Part shown: one piece after another, positions 61,403 through 64,000 of the stretch
Layout of the letters: each line of letters starts with the position of its first letter
Numbering within the stretch: the stretch's first letter is position 1
Source: Lepidodermella squamata
Lineage: Eukaryota > Animalia > Gastrotricha
Reading direction: 5' to 3'
NCBI GenBank assembly: GCA_047495785.1
Contig: JBLDXI010000003.1
Span: 124,001-188,000 of the forward strand
DNA length: 64,000 bases
Position numbers and translations under genes: made by a program
Notes under the pieces: generated by a model
The model's input: only the letters and a program-made list of their open reading frames with translations
Database searches by the model: none
Told to the model about the DNA's origin: nothing

Positions 61403-63727
61403 TTACATGACAGTAATCACAAGATGGAGATTGACGCCGACGATGGCTCCTAAAGCAACTAGAAAAGCCATGACATCGATGAGCCGCAGCAATGTGACTT
61501 CATATCTCCGTGCTACCATCGTTTTCGCCCCATACAAAAATCGTCGATAGCTTGCAGTATTACAAATGGCTGTTACAAGAATTTCGTAGATGGTGATAGC
61601 TGCTACAACCGCTGACAGCATTAGAACGTAATTCGTGTAAAGCAGCTGTTTCGAGGACTCAGAAACGCTGCTGAGAACATCAGATTGCGCTACGACCAGC
61701 GCTAGCATAACGGTCGAGCATAGGACAGGCCGATCCTCAACACCAGGCTCCATGAGTATCGATCCAAGGGCCAAAGCGATTAGCAAATAGCACGGTATAA
61801 TCAAATTGACGACGTAGTACGTTGGATCGCGTTGGTAAGCAAGGATGATCTTGCCATAGGAAACAGGCGCCCCAGTTCGAGAGGGCGATGGACAAGTTCC
61901 CCGATACGTCTTTGAGTTAACCATGGTCCAAATTCCATTGGAAAGGGATGCATAGGCTCGAACATAGACCCTAGCTATAGAAACATATGCAGCCGGCTCG
62001 TCCATCAAAAAGGTAAACTCGCATGTTTGCGAATCGAATGGGAATTTTGTCAAATCCATGCTGCAAGACGATGTGAAAGTTCCGATTCGGTCCCAGTGGA
62101 AGAACAGCGTTCTATTGGGCCTCGAAGCGTAGTAGATGATCTGAGTCTTTTCGCCATAATCTTGGCTGTTGAGATACACGCTTCTTGAAGAATTGGGCAG
62201 GGCTATTTTCGGCTTCCAGAAATACATGTTATCAGCCGGGATGATTCGTTCGTTCAAGTCAACGCCAGGCGCTGTGTAGGTTTCGCTGCAAGATTCGACC
62301 ACCCATTGAGTCAATAGAGAGCCCCATAGCGAAATTTCTCTATGAGCCTGGTCTATCTCGATTAGTTTCTCGATCGAGAAGGTCAAATACAGCGATGAGT
62401 TCATTTCGGGCGATCGGCGACTAGCTGCTATATAAGGACATTTTTCAATATCTTGAAAGGTTACAGCTGGTTCGTAATTCCCGTCTATTGCATCGGGAAT
62501 TGGTGATTTATCCAGAAACAGTAGCGTTTGGTCGGTAGGAGCCACTTCCGTTGTTTTGCTACCCGACTTCCTTGTCGTCCTCCGTGAAGATGTGGACGAT
62601 ATTGATGATGTTGACAATGGAGCTGCTGTCGGGGCAATGCCGTCACTTAGCAGCCAGAATAATCTGTAAAAAAGATATTTTCTCACGCGGCTACAGAAAT
62701 TCAGGAAATTATTCTCACGCTTTTCGGACAGAAATGCTAGCATCTTGGGTGCCAAGTGCTAGCATTCCTAGACAAGCTTTCGAGAACGCTTTTGATCCAA
62801 AGCCAGGTACAGGAAGATTTTGAAAACAGGTGTAAGATGGCGTAAGGCCTTGGCCGGGCATTTTTGAAATCGAGATCTATTCAGAAAAAACTTTACTCTC
62901 CAGGGATGCGTAAGCCACAGTTAAAAAAACATAAAGAATTATGGGAGCTTATTGTGGCTGTTAAATGCTGCTTGAACCACAATATTAATGAAATATGGCT
63001 GAAATGCTGTAATAGCCAGAAACTAACGTTTATTTCATCGTTGACATGTTGAACAGTAATTCGATAACTCGTGTTGACATTTGAAGAGAAAAATCCGGCA
63101 TCACCACATCCAGGCAACGAAGAACTGCCTGTTGTTGGAGGTAACGGGAGGTTTGCTGTTCGATTTGCATAATAAGCAGCGTAAATTTCTCCTCGATTAG
63201 CGGCTATTACTTGCCAAATGCTAAAGCCGTACAACTCTGCTATGCCAGTTACATCGTTAGTTGTATCTGACCTTGCTGAAAAACATTTGTTTCAATTAAG
63301 ATGGGAAAAATCATGATTTTATCAGCCTTACTCCAGTTAGGACTGGGGCCGCTTAAGCTGAATATAACACCAAGCCACGTCGCAGATCCGTCAGAACTCG
63401 GCTTCACATCCAATTCAATCTCGAACCTCCAGTCTTTGAAGTAATTGTTGATCGGCTGATACAAATATAAGATCATCTATATTTTTTGGAAATATAGCTA
63501 GTAATCTCACGCTCAGGAAATAAGTTGCGGTTTGAGATCCTGGCTTGATGAGCGAGTAGGAATTTCCATCATTGTTAGATTCTGTGAACCTAGTAATTGA
63601 TGCAAACTCGCCGGTGTAGTCAGCGCTGACGTAGCCACCGTATCGCAAACTGCCGTAATTGCTAGGAAGAGGCATCGCGTATAAATCAGGCTGCGGGGGA
63701 GAGTCCTCCGTCAATGTCCAGAAATAC
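61403..63727 (-). CDS. Atypical Cys-loop channel subunit, copy E (3' part; 5' exons beyond the window end)
   Basis: Exons 63727-63511, 63455-63332, 63275-63028, 62876-62719 and 62663-61403 in frame. Encodes repeat 2, stalk and channel; Cys-loop CSMDLTKFPFDSQTC; has one more intron than A, C and D in this region. Confidence 0.87.
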
Positions 63728-64000
63728 CTTAAGAAACGATTAATAAAATAAATCAAACCGCCAACTTGCCTTTTTTCTAAAAATGTCCCTTGAAAAAGAC
63801 AGTTGACACTCTGCTTTCAAAGCGATAATAATAGAACATTTCTTGCAAAAGCATTGGTTTTGTAGGTTTCGAATCCCAGACGACCCTTGAGTTTTATTGC
63901 ACGCTTTAAATCCGCAGAAATTTCCCGAAATTTGATCAACTGTAGGAAAAGATGTTGACTTACACTCGCTTGAGAAGTGCATCTCCATCAGCTCCATTAA

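Overview
This is eukaryotic genomic DNA from an invertebrate animal: GC-richer exons, AT-rich introns often only 50-65 nt long, and GT-AG splicing. The supplied ORF track therefore fragments or misses most genes, and I rebuilt the models below by hand from splice sites and reading-frame continuity. In order, the window holds: the last exon of a Src42A/FRK-type kinase; a complete THOC1 gene with decayed PIF1-helicase and FLYWCH-like remnants in intron 3; a 5'-truncated LINE with target-site duplication; an S1 serine protease; a Shaw/Kv3 channel with two nested antisense tRNAs; two SVWC-type secreted peptides; an ankyrin-SOCS box gene; three small 4-TM paralogs; an intronless SPFH/band-7 gene; and many MITEs. 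The main finding is a locally expanded family of unusual Cys-loop (pentameric ligand-gated) ion channel subunits of about 950-990 aa: three complete genes, one that runs off the window, one frameshifted copy and two relics. Each has a signal peptide, two tandem ~240-aa beta-rich repeats (inferred ConA/lectin-like fold), a Ser/Thr mucin-like stalk, and an intronless channel module. That module lacks the acetylcholine-site signature residues, has an unusual M2 helix and has a very short M3-M4 loop. It is a candidate lectin-fused sensory or recognition channel family. Fold and function are inferences; I could not run database searches.
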